From: Gnetum montanum | Taxonomy: Eukaryota > Plantae > Gnetophyta | Direction: 5' to 3' | NCBI GenBank assembly: GCA_015680685.1 | Contig: MNCI01001817.1 | Location: 295,798-359,797 of the forward strand | Length of the DNA: 64,000 nt | Shown here: one piece after another, positions 13,850 to 26,934 of the stretch | How the letters are laid out: every line of letters starts with the position of its first letter | How positions within the stretch are numbered: the first letter of the stretch is position 1 | Translations under genes and position numbers: made by a program | Notes under the pieces: generated by a model | Seen by the model: only the letters and a program-made list of their open reading frames with translations | The model's database searches: none | Told to the model about the DNA's origin: nothing

Positions 13850-15400
13850 CTCTTAACTCATTGAATAAATTATCTATGCAAGATAAAGAGGTACTTATTA
13901 TTCATAGTAATCTAATGTAGTTATTGATAGTAAATGCATAATATTATGCTAGAATTTTTCCTCTTAATGAAGAGACCATGAGCATGTCAAAGAAATACAC
14001 TTGGATGAATTAGAACCTCATCTAGTAGCTCTTGAAGTTAAATCTTTGGTTTAGACAACTTGAAATGAGACATCTTATGAATAACCTTAGAGATAAGTTC
14101 AACACTAGATTTGAGAGTAATTTTAAACTCAACATCACATCTTAAAGATAAAACAATTAACTCCTAATAAAAAAGATTAAAAAGCTCATGAAGAATAGGA
14201 ATTTTATTGATTCCAAGTGAAGAGGAAAATTCATTGATTAAAAATGGAAAATAGAAATGACCATTGTAAAATAGATGGTATAAAGATCTTGAAGAGATAA
14301 GATTCACATTAATCTATGTTGAGATACTTGAACACCAATATCTATCACTAGGAAAAATATCTTAGGATAACTACCTATGCTCCCCTAATAGCATGATAAT
14401 AAATCCATGTCCAAGATGATGTTAGATTGTCTTAGATTCATGACATAGATATCATTGATCTAGAAGACATCCTAAATCATCAAAGGTACAACTTCATAGA
14501 CTTAATCCACAATAACCACATTACTACTAATAGTGCTAACAAAAATCCCTTGAGCAAGAGAAAAACTCTATGAATCCAAACGTCTAATTACTCATATGTC
14601 AAACAAGTCATGAATAGTATTAGGATAAAAAATAATTAGAATGGTAAAATCTAAAAGTATATCTCTAAACTTCATCATAGTATTGGATTAAACATCCACA
14701 AGTTGATTTATCAAAGCATACACACAAGCATGCATCATAGTGCCAACTTGATTATCTATAGTTTTGCTAACTTATTGAGAATATTCATTGTGTGAATGCT
14801 TTGAATAGTTAAAATTATTGTGACCTAGCTACCCACAGTTGTGACAATTAAAAAAATTCTAATAGATGTGCCTAATCTTTTTGCAAGCATGGTAAGCAAT
14901 GGGCCCATGAGTGCCCTTACCACCTACAAACGACGACTACTACTACATACTAGATTCATAACATAAGGAATACTTGTATCCATCATATTTTTGATAAGAG
15001 TTTTAACTCCTCTTGTAATAATGATCATGATATGATTCCTTCACTTGCTAACTATGCTCCAAGTCCATTACATAAACATGTGTATCCTCATATGTATGAA
15101 GATGAAGAGGAAGAAATTGGTCCTTAATGGATACATGGAGATAATTAATGAAACTATTTACTTTGGCTCTCACATTGGAATATATATGAGGCACATACTT
15201 ACTCAACTCTAAAAACTAATAGTCATACTTGATCATGATGTAGTTACCATGGTAGAGGTGATAAAACTTATCTACTTTTACTACCATGTACTTTAAAGGA
15301 GAACATCACAATCCTACCAATGATGTGCCTTCTCTTGGAATTAGTAGGGGAACCTTTGAATTAGTAGGTTGCTATTTGAGTTTGATGCACATGAGTATAA
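13850..15400 (+). other. Highly decayed coding-like repeat, weakly similar to RC of 44000-44800
   Basis: Patchy similarity only (e.g. cttatctacttttactaccatgtactttaaagg vs ctcatctctttcttcaccatcatccttaaag). No recognisable domain. Confidence 0.25.
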
Positions 15401-15409
15401 CCCATTAAC

Positions 15410-15856
15410 TTAAAGATCTTAAAGATCTTCTACAACCATTTTGTAGAAGTAGTAAAGTCCTTCAATCTAGAAGGTAGGTTTCTTAGATTATGGAATTACT
15501 CGATGAGCTTATGCTCCATTAATTATTTTCCATCATCATCATTATTCTTTAAAGTAATGAGCATTGATCATGAGTTCTTCTATGTATGTTGAAGAGGAAA
15601 TGAGAATAGGTAGTGATTAATGTTTGCTTGAATAATCTTCTTATTCAGGGTAGAAGTAAGAGTAGTAGTAAAAGGCTTCACTTAGGGATCTACCATGAGA
15701 TCCTTCATTAAATTAAAAATAAGATCTAGTATTGAAATTTGGTTGCTAGGACTTATGTTCATTCTTCTACTATGAACACATTCATTTTTAACATTTGACA
15801 TCGTTGGACATAACAACATGAAATGAAAAAAATTATCAAATCTTACTTTAACATCA
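15410..15856 (-). pseudogene. Degenerate PBS(Met) and N-terminal gag fragment of the Tekay-like element
   Basis: actttaacatca (15845-15856) differs from gctctgatacca only by transitions and lies 3 nt from the LTR end at 15860. Minus-strand PSRLKDFTTSTKWL*KIFKI resembles the gag P.F.G......WL..IEKI motif. Confidence 0.45.
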
Positions 15857-16684
15857 TCTTGTAATACCCTCCTTCTTAGTTTTAGGTTGAACAACATTAC
15901 ATCTGATATAAAACCCCTAATGAAGGATTGTTTATATCAAGGAAATTTAAAATTAAAACAAACTAAGACTATGATAAGAAAGCAAAGAAAAAGTATAGTG
16001 AACTTATGACTAAAAGGAAAAACAAGAGATTATAACAATGGAAGAAAAAAAATATAATTAATTAATAAAAATACATACATACATACATACATACAAGAGT
16101 GAAAACTAAAATTAACTAAAAAGAGATAAAATTCAACAATACTAAAATATGTTTAGCCAAAAATAAAATTATAATCTAAGCACATGAGACATGAGATAAG
16201 GAATAATCTTATACATGTCTTGTTGACCTTTTGATATGTCAAAACCTTAAAGAAAATGAAGAATGTGGAAATGTATTTATAATCTTGTAGGAATAATAAG
16301 AAAATGTGACAATATGTTTGAATGAGAGCTACGTTGAAGATGTCAAAACAAGAGTTGAAATAAAAAAATGAGAGCTAGGATGCAAATGGGATCAATGAGC
16401 TAAATGAAGATGTTCTGAAAACTATCAAGATGCCAGAATGATAAAGAAATGCTTCAAATTTCAAAGTGATCTTGTAGGATAGACATCTTCAATTGATAGT
16501 AGACATATCACTCCTAGTAGAGACATCTTAGCGTAGATGTATCAAGATAGACATCTCAATTTTCAAATAGACATCTTTCTAGAATTGGAGTTGATTTCAA
16601 TTAAACATCTCAACTTTGAGACAGACGTCTTAATTAGCCATTTCCTAGGCATTGCAAAAATTCTGAGTTTTTAAAAATTCAAAG

Positions 16685-17166
16685 TGTGACATCCAATTCC
16701 TGGATGTCATAAAAACATGCTTGTTCATTGCTTAATTCATCGCATTATAATGGAATTACCATAAAATACTTGATAAATGAATAACTGGTGCATGGAATAG
16801 GAAAGAAAAATAGAGAAAACTTTTATTAATAAGAGTGGTATACTGTAATGCCCTCTAGGTTATATTCCCATGCTACTTAAGCCTTAGAGGCAATTTGGCA
16901 CTACCACGATGGTTAGGCTGTCCAATCGAAGGGGTGATTAATCCCTTCTTTACTTGCTTTACCCATCTCCTGTCACTTGCCTTTTCCAGGCTCCACAACT
17001 CCATGCCAGCATGACTCTAAACTTGACTTTAAATGGTATAGGTTAAACCCATTTCTAAGGGATACATGAATAATCATAACTCCTCATAATGAGTCAGTCC
17101 TTCATGTAAAGGTTAATTACATTTTTACAATACTTTTCTACTCTTAACAAGGGATGGAAAATTACA
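16685..17166 (-). repeat. 3' LTR of chromovirus (482 bp)
   Basis: TGTGACAT...ATTACA, colinear with 26452-26934 and adjacent to the PPT (RC aagggggtagat). Confidence 0.9.
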
Positions 17167-17369
17167 ATCTACCCCCCTTAAGAATCTAGCTTGACCTCGA
17201 GCACTTCTTTTATGTCCAACTGCTTAGTTGCTGCTTATTCATTATGTTCCTTAGCTTTAGCTTATTTATTATCCTCATTATCATCTATACAAAAAGACTA
17301 GAAATTATAAAATATAATTTATTACATCAATAATAAATACAATTTATCATTCAATATCATGATGATCAA

Positions 17370-20300
17370 AAAGTTGGGGGTAAGTATTAAGAATAAAATC
17401 CCTATTTTCTAAAGTCTAATGATTACAATTTGACCATTGAACAAGTACTTCATTAATAGTTTTATTTCATAACTTCTTGGTTTGATGCTTTTTAATGGCA
17501 ATGGGTTTAACTTCAAAGCTAGTGTTGGATCACAAGGGTAAAGTATTTTGGTCTAGCACATATTGCACATCATTTGTATGAAATTTCTTATGCAAACTTA
17601 CAATGAAAATTGGGTGAATTTTTAAAGTTGTTGGAAGATTTAACCAATATGCGACTTTGCCTATTCTTTTACAGATTTCAAAGGGTCCATAATATTTGGG
17701 ATGCTAATTTAGTATATTTTCCAAGTTTAAGAGAACTTTTGGTAGGTTTTACTCTCATTAGTACTTGATCTCCCACTTGGACTTCTTTCTTAAGTTGATG
17801 TTGATCTGCATATCCATTATATTTATCTTGGGTAGCTTGTAAATTTTGTTTAACTCTTGTGTCAATATTTTCCATTATTTTCATTTCTTCTTCCTTCAAT
17901 TCTATTCTTAAAGTTTGGTTTGCCCAAGTTAGTGATGTATGACAATTATGTTCATATATTACTTTAAATGGTGTTCGATGTATGGAATCTTGATAATTAT
18001 TATTATAGGTGAATTTTTTCAAATGCTAGTAATTCTCCCATGTTTTTTTATCTACTTCCAACATAGCTTTGTAGAATATCTTCTAATATTCTATTCACAC
18101 ATTTGGTTTATCCATTTATCTTTGAGTGGTAAGTTGTGCTAAATTTTAGTTGGGTTCCAAGATTTTTGAAGAAATTTTGTGAAAATTCAGATATGAACTT
18201 GGGATCTTGATTCAAAGTGTTAGATTTTGGACATCCATGCAACTGAAAAAATTCTTGTGTGATTTTTTGGGCTACTTCTTTAGTTGTGTTTGCAAATTTC
18301 AAAGCTATAAAATGTGCCACATTTGATAGATGATCAACCACTTAAAAAATTGAGTTATTTCCTTTTTGGTTATTGGTAATCCCACAATGAAATCCATGGT
18401 AACATCTTCCCATTTCTAGGTTGGGACTTCTAAAGGCTATAATAACCCACTAGATTTCCTTTGTTCAACTTTTATTATTTGGTAGGTTGAATAGTTTTTA
18501 ATGCATGAGGACACATCATTTTTCATTCTAGGCTAGAAATAAGATTTGTATAAATCATATAAGTCTTAATGTAACCTAGGTGTCATACATATGGTACTTC
18601 ATAGGCTTTACACAATAACCTTGGTCTCCAATTTCCTTTTGGTATACATACTCTTTGTTCTTTCATCAATAGACCATTAGAAGTAAGTTGATATTGAGGC
18701 TCAGAGGAAATGTTGGTTGGAATCTCCTTGAAATAAGAATCTTCTTTTATCCATTTCTTAATTTCTTCTTCCATATGGGGTCATTACCACACCTATCATC
18801 AAGTTCCACATTTTACTAAGGGCATCAGCTACTACATATTGTTTCCTAGGAACATATTTGATTTCAAAATCATATTCAACTAATAATTAGACCTATCATT
18901 GTTGTTGAGTATTTAAAATAGCTTATCTCTACAAATACTCTAAACTTTTATGATCAATTTTTAGCACAAATATTTTTCCATAAAGATAATGTCTCCAAAC
19001 TTTCAAAGCATGAACAATTGCTAGTAATTCTAAATCATGGGTCAAGTAATTTACCTTAACTCCTTTCAATTTACAAGATTTATAACATACCACTTTATCT
19101 TCTTGTGAAAGAACTACATTGATTCCTATTCCATGGGCATTTGTAAATACTTTAAATGATATTTATCAATCCAAAATTCTCAGAATAGATGCTATTGTGA
19201 GTAGCATCTTTAGTATGAGGAAAGCTTCTCTTCATTTTTCATCAAACTTAAACACACATTAGTCAAGGGGGCTACCAAAGTAGAATAATCTTTAATAAAA
19301 TGTTAGTAAAAACCTATTAAACCTAAGAAACTACGAACCATTGTATCATCTTTTAGTTGAGGACCATCCCAAATTGCACAAAATTTTTGCAATCCTTTCT
19401 TAGAAAGTATATGGTCCAAATAAGAGACTTCTTATTTAAAGAGTTCATATTTACTTAATTTTTCATGTGAGTAATGTTCTTTAAGAACTTCCATTGTAAT
19501 TTCCAAATGTTTGACATATTCTTCTCTTGACTTAGAGTAAACAAGTATATCATCCATAAATACTATAACAAATTGATTAAGATATTCATGAAAAATATTA
19601 TTCATTAATTTTATGAATGTTGCAAGTGCATTAGTTAATCCAAATGGCATTAGAACAAATTTGTATAATCCATACCTAGTTCTGAAAGTAGTTTTCTCAA
19701 TATCTTTCTCCTTAATCCTTATTTGGTGAGAACCAAATTTTAAATTAATCTTTGAAAAATAACATGCACTTGTAAGTTAATCAAACAAGTCATTGATCCT
19801 AGAAAAAGGATAAGTATTTTTAATTATCACTTTATTCAATGCCCTATAATTGATGCATAATCTTAATGTACATCTTTCTTTTTAATGAATAAGACTAATG
19901 TACCTCAAGGTAATACACTAGATCAAATTTTTCCTTCTTCCAATAGTTGATCTAATTGTCCTTTCAATTCTCTTAATTCAAAAGTGGAAAATCTATAAGG
20001 GTCTTTTGAGATAGGTTGTGTACCAAGAAAAATATCAAGTAGCATGTTCAATAAAACTTTTTGGAGGTAGTTCCCTAGTTTCACCAAATATTGAATATTT
20101 GTATTCCTCAAGTTCTTTTGGAATCTCAATACCTAAAGATTTCTAAGGTTGAGTTACTTTTACAACCAACATCATAACACCTTTCTTAACTAATCTTTTG
20201 GCTTGCTTAATGGTTATCATGTGGATTTGCTTTATTGTTCCTACCCCCCTTAGAACCCTAACTTTGTCAATGGTTGAGACTTTTAAAATATGAGTTACAA

Positions 20301-21820
20301 AGTGGGTAGTAATATCAAATTTTTGTAGGAAAGACATCCCTAAAATCTTACTGACATCACCTAGTTCAAATTCAAAGACATCAATGAAAGGCATGTCTTT
20401 CAAAGTGAAGGTAATTTCTTCGTACCTAGTATGCTTGCTCATGGTCGTTCCATCTACAAGTTCTATCTTAATAATTTTCTTGAAAGGTAAACTTGATTCT
20501 AATAACTTAATTAACTTTGAAGAAATAAAGTTATCACTAGTGCCACAATCAGTTAATTAATTGTTTTACCTTTTATTGAACCTTCAAAAATCAGTAAAGA
20601 AAATTAACTTAGTTGATGTAGAAATCTTCTTCAAGGCTATGGTGGTGGTTTGGAGTTTTCCTTTATTTATGTTTGGGTTGGATTTTTGATTTTTGGTTTG
20701 ATTGGTCCATTGTACCTTTGCTCATAATTTTGGATAATTTTGTTTGAAATTATCTTTGCAACAAATAAAACATCTTGATCTCGATCAAGCTCTCTTGGTT
20801 TGTGTTTCTTCGACCAATGCTTGTTGAATGGTAGTTCGTACTTGATTCGATTCTTCATAATCCTTAGTAATTCTTTATGCTTCATCAACTATTTGAGGAT
20901 TATGTGCTTATGTCTAGGAATGATATTGTGCCTATAGTTCACCAATAAATTTTGAAGCTAAATCTTCCTCATCTCAATGGCTTACAAATCAAGAGAGACC
21001 ATAGAATTACTTGTAGTAATCTTCTACAGATTACCTTCCCAATTTTAAGCAATCAAATCTCATCTTGCACTCTTTGAAAAAAGAATTTGATACAAATTTC
21101 TCTTCATAATCTCGAAAAAAGTTGAGCCAATTTATAATCAAACCTTAAGATCTCAGTCCATTCCACCATGTTGCCACAAGTCCTCCTAAATATAGGGAGA
21201 GGACTTCTAAACATTCTTGACTTGACAAATTCAACATATCAAAGTAATTTTCATTGTATCAAGCTCATCTTTTTCTTTGGCACCAAATCCAATGACTCCA
21301 TCATAATGATATAATTTTACTTTCTTGGCATGAACTTATGTTAGTGATTCTTGTGTTGCATTTTACCAGTTTTAGTATCCCTCACCTTCAATTTCTATTC
21401 TTTTATCTAATGAAGAGATATTGACATCCTAATGTCAAGTAGGTGGGGGTTGGTTTTAGTGTGGATCCCTAGGAAAAAGTTGATCTTAATCATGGTGTTG
21501 ATCCCTAGGTGGAACTAGGATTTGAAGGTTGAGTGAGATGGTTAGTTAATTGCTTGATGGAGTTTGAAAAGGAATCCATATTTTTTTTACACATTTGATC
21601 ATTTATCCTCTAACTTTATGATAATTTGCTAATTTCTTTGAACATATTCTGCATATCTATCCTAAACCCTTGATTTGACTGACAAAGCTCTTCTTGAATA
21701 CCCATAATCTAATTAATTTTATCCTCAAGAGCATTCATCTGATCATTGACTCAGGTCTCCATCGCTCTGCAATGTACTCTTTGGGTTCCAGACATCGGTA
21801 AATTGATGAAATCAGGCATG
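17370..21820 (-). pseudogene. gag-pol pseudogene with chromodomain
   Basis: Gag coiled-coil and CCHC remnant (~20730-20775); protease LTDCGTSDNFIS (~20530); RT MPFGLTNA...FVIVFMDDILVYS (19432-19650); RNase H; integrase VDHLSNVAHFI / YNNNYQDSIHRTPFKVIY; chromodomain INEVLVQWS...ENRDFILNTYPNF (~17370-17460). Confidence 0.9.
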
Positions 21821-22639
21821 TTGGCAATCCTTGGCCTCTATGGCCCTTTTTGTAGGTCTTGAGATAGTTAATTGGTTACAGAAAAGGTTGAACTATCATG
21901 GATTTCTACACGACCACAGAATCTTAATTATTTTAGCACCTTAAATAATGAATTAAAAGGTAATTTTTTATTATCTAAAGTCTAAATATGATCATTCCAT
22001 TATGTCTAGAGGGTTTAATTCTATTGAAATCAGTTTTTCTTTGGTTGAAAATGGACTTCAAAATCAAAAGTTATGGTTGTTTTAAGTTGCAAAAATTTAC
22101 ATGATTTTCAAAACTTCTTGAGAGGTCATCCAACCCAATTCTACACTAGGACAAGCATGCTTAATTATGGAATTTTTATCCCTATTGCTACCAAAGTGTC
22201 ATTATTTAATTTTTAATATTATTTGTGTGCATTCTTAATTTAAACTAATGGTTTGATTATAGTAATTTCAAATTTTCTGTCAATTGATGGGAATTTTGAA
22301 TTTTCTATTAGTTGATGGAAAATTCAAATCTTTCATCCATTGATGATGAATTTTTCCATCTCGCATAAAGTCAAGATGGTGGCAACAATGGCCATAGTGG
22401 CATGGTGGTGGTGGTGGTGGCATCCTAAGTAGAGATGATGGTGTTGGGTGTAGATTGGTAATAGTGAAAATGATGATGTGCTTGTGGGTAGATGGTAGCC
22501 TTTCCTGCCATGGGACGATGACTTGGAAGCATGCATTTGCAATGACTTTTGCTTTTTCTTTCTTACTGCACTCCTTAGAGGACTAGCACAACATGGGTGC
22601 ATTTGTGCATCTTTCATGGGGAGGGGGAAGGCTTGCATA

Positions 22640-23610
22640 GCTCGCACAAGGGCAACATAGCTTGCATGAAGCTAACAAGGCTAGCATAGGGCTAGCATAG
22701 CCTACACAAAGTTACCATGGCCTTGCAAGGGTTTGGGTGACCATTGTTGGGGCTCACATGCCCTATGTTGGGGTCCACACGACCCATGTTTGGGCCTATG
22801 TTGATCCAAGCAGGGCCTACATGGCCCTAGCAGGGCCAGTGTGACCTGCGGTACTCTTTTGGCTCACATGGTAAGGGTTTCTAGTGCTAGGTGGTGCTAG
22901 AAGTAGTTGTTATCATCAGTGTTAGAGGTTTTAGAGATGCCCTTTATGGGAGGCACTATCGTTATCATCAGTGTTAGAGGCACTAGAGATGCCCTTTATG
23001 GGAGGCATTATTGTTATCATTAGCATTAAAGGCGTTGGAGGTGCCCTTTATGGGAGGCACTATTGATGCTAGCAGGACACCAAAGGTGTCCTTTATGAAC
23101 ACCACCATCGATGCTCATAGAGCACTAGGGGACCCCCTTATGAATAGCACTGTTGGTGGCCATGTAGTATTGGGCGAGCCCTTTATGGATGATGTTGTCG
23201 GTTCTTGCAGAGCTCCAAGGAGCCCTTTTTGGGTAGTGCCATATATGCCCATTGGCACTATCAGTGCATGGTTGCAACAAGCATTGGAATGTGGCACATG
23301 GTAGTAGCAGAGTGGCAAGATGCAGCATGTAGTAGCAGTAAAGTGGTAGCTAGTAGCGAAGTTGTGGGAAGCAATGAGGCAAGGTAGTGCATGGTAGCAA
23401 CAGGGTCGAACTAGGAGGATGGTGCATGGTTATTAAAGGATAGTGACCCTCAAAATAAGGGCTATGCTATCCTCCTTACAGGGCCAACATGGTCCTTGTA
23501 GGGCCCACATAGCCTGTAGGCTAGCATGGCCCATGCAAGGCTTGCGTGGCCACTGTAGGGCTAACATGGCCTCCTACAGGGCCTACGTATCCTCTACTGG
23601 CTAGTGGTCC
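22640..23610. repeat. GC-rich composite tandem-repeat block
   Basis: Three 52-bp units (starts 22909, 22961, 23013) then four 45-bp units (23065, 23110, 23155, 23200) sharing GCCCTTTATGG. Flanked on both sides (22650-22870, 23470-23600) by degenerate ~20-22-bp units like CAGGGCCTACATGGCC. Confidence 0.85.
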
Positions 23611-23970
23611 TTGATTTTTTTAAAAGAACATTTGAGGCTTGGGGTCAAATTCGTAACCTCTTACTTTTTTGAGCTTTTTATTTTTTTAAACAAAAAATTT
23701 AAAAATTAAGTTAAAAATTTTTAAAAGTACTTTTTTTAAAACTACATGTAACCTAAGAAACATCGTATCTCCCAAACCATAAATCAGATTTTGACAAAAT
23801 TGGTAATGTTGAAATTGTCTTGTGGAACACTACATGTTGAGCTAAAGATAACACCATTTTGGTTGACCTATCAATCACAAAATTATGAAAAGTAAGCGTT
23901 AGCTTTATTAAATCATTAATTAACTTAAGTTGATACTTCTACATTTTCTCCCAAGGTTTTTGTTGTTCTT

Positions 23971-23978
23971 TATAAATA
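23971..23978 (+). promoter_or_regulatory. TATA box of the antisense accessory gene
   Basis: TATAAATA, followed ~25 nt later by a CA-rich initiator-like stretch and by ATG at 24096. Confidence 0.55.
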
Positions 23979-24095
23979 TGTGAAGAAAAGAAGTCTCTAC
24001 CCATCACAACACAACATTAGCAAAAGATTAAAGGATTCCTCTCAAAGATTGCAAGCAACATCAAGGATTTCAACCATTGACATCATGACCTCAAT

Positions 24096-26280
24096 ATGTC
24101 TTAGGCTTTTTCTAAAGATCCTTCTTCTCCTTCAAGTAGTTCTAGAACAATGTTATTACTACTTCCAATTGTGTGTGTAGTTTACTTGGGAAGGAGGAGT
24201 TTTAGTACCTTATAGCTTCAAGTTTATCTGAATTACTTATCTTTTCTATTTTTAAGCCACCATATTGCACAAGTTTACTAATGGAATGGTGTGATTAGTA
24301 TAATAAAAGTAAAAGTTTCGCTTCACAATTAATTTTTGGAGAATTAACAGTTATTCCCATTGACATTTGCATAGCCTTAGGTTTTCATCAATGGGGGGAT
24401 CCTTTTATTCCATTGATTTTCTCTTCTAAAGTTTGATTATTTTTCCAAAAAGAATTATCTGATTATGTTTGTGATGGCACTGTCCAAAATAGTCAATTCC
24501 TTCATAATGATTTCATTAATGAAATTCAATTTGAATTGTGCCAGTTAATCCATAGTAAGGTCTTATGGCATCAACACCAAACTTATGTTAGCATCCATTC
24601 TATTTATATACTTCATGATGTCATAATTGGTAGAGTTTATGATTGGTCACTGTTTTGTTTTACTGCTTTATATAATTTCATGAATGGAGTTGTTGCTACC
24701 CTACAAAATCCCAATAAACCTTATACCATATGCTAGGTACCCTTGATCATGTGTTTAATCCTAAGTTACAATCCTTCATCCAAACTCTTTAGTCATTACA
24801 ATCAAAGATAATGTCTTGAATTTCTTCAAGAGGATAGAATTTTAAAGAGAAGATTGAGGGTGGCAAGAAGGGTCAAATGGCTTTGCAACAGACTCAACAT
24901 TAGGAGCGATTATATATATTTCATTTTTTCACTTATGTTTCTTCATGTATTTGGTAGTGCATTTTGGGATGTAGAATGAACCAATCCATATTGCACAAAT
25001 TAGAGCTACGTAGTCTAAAGCTATTTAAGGTGCACAGATTGAAGACGTTCTAGGTGCTTCATCCTTTGGAAGGGTTGAATCTAGAACATAAATCAAACTT
25101 ATCACTTCAAGGTTTGTGTGTGTATATATATATATAATAGCCTACTTTATTATTTTACTTTGTATATTTGCTTTTCTAATGAAAAATTTCTTTTTATAGA
25201 GGCAACATACTAGGAAAGGTTCTAGTAGCCCAATAATTTTAAGTTCCAGAAAGAAAGAAAAAACTTGACAACAAAAAGGTACAAGAAAAGATAAAGGCAA
25301 GGAACTAGAGGTAAAATTAATTCTAAAGTTTGAATACTTTCCTTTTTCTTCCTTCTTCTTGTGTGATGTTCTCTTTTTATATTGCAGATCTCTATGGGTT
25401 AGGGCTACTTTATTTGGAAAATGGAGAGAGATGATACTACAGGTACAATTTCTAAATAAACTTTGATTCCTTCATCTCCCATTCCATCATCTAGATCACC
25501 TCATGTGCCATCTATTCATATGAAACCTATAAGAGATTCCTTACCACAAGTGGTGCTAACACTAGCTCTTGGGTGTGTTCTAATAATTTCTTCTTTTCCT
25601 ATCTTAGGTTTTTCCTATTCACTAGGATAGATGGTGGTGGCTACTGAAGAAGAACTCATGCTTCTTCAGAATCTTGGTTAACAAATTTTTGGAAACAAAC
25701 TCTACTATGTTCCTGAGGATATTTACCACATGCGAGAGTCCCAATCATGCAACTTCAAGGAAGACTATGAATTAGTACAAGCCAATGATCCATCATCTTT
25801 TCATCTAATTCCCAAGGATGCTCTAAAAGTTGTCAAAGATCTTGAGCAACTCTTAGGAGAATTGAAGTGCTACATGTTTGGATTTTCATCTGTAGACCTA
25901 TGGATAGTTTCTTTAAATTAATAATGATCGTCTTCAGGTGAGTAGCTCTTATTCTTTTCTCTTTCCTTTTTTTCTTTTTATTAGATTTTTTTGTTCATAA
26001 CTCATAATTTTAATTTTGTCTTGTGTAGAGGAAATAGAAAGAATGACAAAAAGACATGAATAATTGATCAATTTAGATGGAGATGCTAGATGTTCAACTT
26101 AAGAGAAGGGAGAAATCATCGGTTGCAACAAAAAGTGCCACTAAGTACATCAAGAAATTTTTTGATGGGTTGGTGGGATGCAAGGTAATGCTCAGCAAAA
26201 AGGATATGACTGATGAAGAATGAGAAGCATAATGAAATATAGTTTCAGATCTTCTCAACTCATTTCATGAAAACAAATGA
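24096..26280 (+). pseudogene. Antisense, spliced accessory gene inside the chromovirus leader (plant-mobile-domain/PF20167-like + basic + coiled-coil)
   Basis: One frame of about 250 codons (24149-24900), interrupted only by 5 stops that are each one C>T away from Q/R: ...KPPYCTSLLMEWCD*YN...GELTVIPIDICIALGF...TYVSIHSIYILHDVIIGRVYDWSLFCFTAL. GT-AG introns with pyrimidine tracts at 25112-25199, 25311-25387 and 25938-26028. Exon motif RKDKGKELE. The last exon is coiled-coil-like and ends TGA at 26280. AATAAA at 26392. Confidence 0.75.
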
Positions 26281-26451
26281 TCACTGTTGTGTTTCCTTAT
26301 TCTTTTTATTCCACATCTTCTCTATTCTTGTGTTCTACTTCTTCTTTTACATGTATTCTACTTGGATGTACTTTTGTTTTATTATAATAATAATAAAATA
26401 ATATTTTTCTTCTACTTTGGCTCTTGAATTATGGTTTTCTCAAATACCAAA

Positions 26452-26934
26452 TGTGACATTCTATTTCCAAATGCCATAAAAACATGTTTTTTTGTGGCTT
26501 AATTCATTGCATTATAACGGAAATACCATAAAATACTTGATAAATGAATAAATGATACATAGAATCAGAAAGAAAAATAGAGAAAAATTTTATTAATAAG
26601 AGTGATATACTGTAACACCCTTTGGGTTATCTTCCCATGCCACTTAAGACTTAGAGGCAATCCAACACTACCACCAAAATTATGATATCTAGCTGAAGGG
26701 GTGATTAGTCCCTTCTTTTCTTACTTCACCTAGCTCTCATCACTTGCCCTTTTCAAGCTTTGTAATTCCATGCTGACACAACCTCTAAACCTAGCCTTAA
26801 ATGGCATAGTTCAAACTCATTCCCAAGGGATACATAAATAATAATAACTCCTAATAATGAGACATCTCTTCATTTGAAGGTTAATTACATTTTTACAATA
26901 CATTTCTACCCTTAACAAGGGATGGGATGTTATA
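26452..26934 (-). repeat. 5' LTR of chromovirus (483 bp)
   Basis: TGTGACAT...GTTATA, adjacent to the PBS remnant and followed by TSD CAAAG. Confidence 0.9.

Larger units (their letters stand above)
16685..26934 (-). mobile_element. Full-length chromodomain Ty3/gypsy retrotransposon (chromovirus), degenerate
   Basis: LTRs 16685-17166 and 26452-26934, perfect TSD CAAAG (16680-84 / 26935-39), PPT at 17167-17180, PBS-Met remnant tctcaaatacca at 26438-26449, and gag-PR-RT-RH-INT-CHD on the minus strand. Confidence 0.92.

Noticed and set aside
13830-13850. PBS-Met (ccatattagagc)
   Set aside because: Lacks the TGG, and the tatta part aligns to the element end in the 35662 copy.
22333-22647. His-rich 104-aa ORF as a real protein
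   Set aside because: Poly-His comes from a (TGG)n microsatellite in a GC-rich leader. There is no domain and no second copy to test.
22909-23243. Regularly spaced repeats as a CRISPR-like array
   Set aside because: Units are whole diverged tandem copies with no unique spacers, the context is a eukaryotic TE, and there are no cas-like ORFs.
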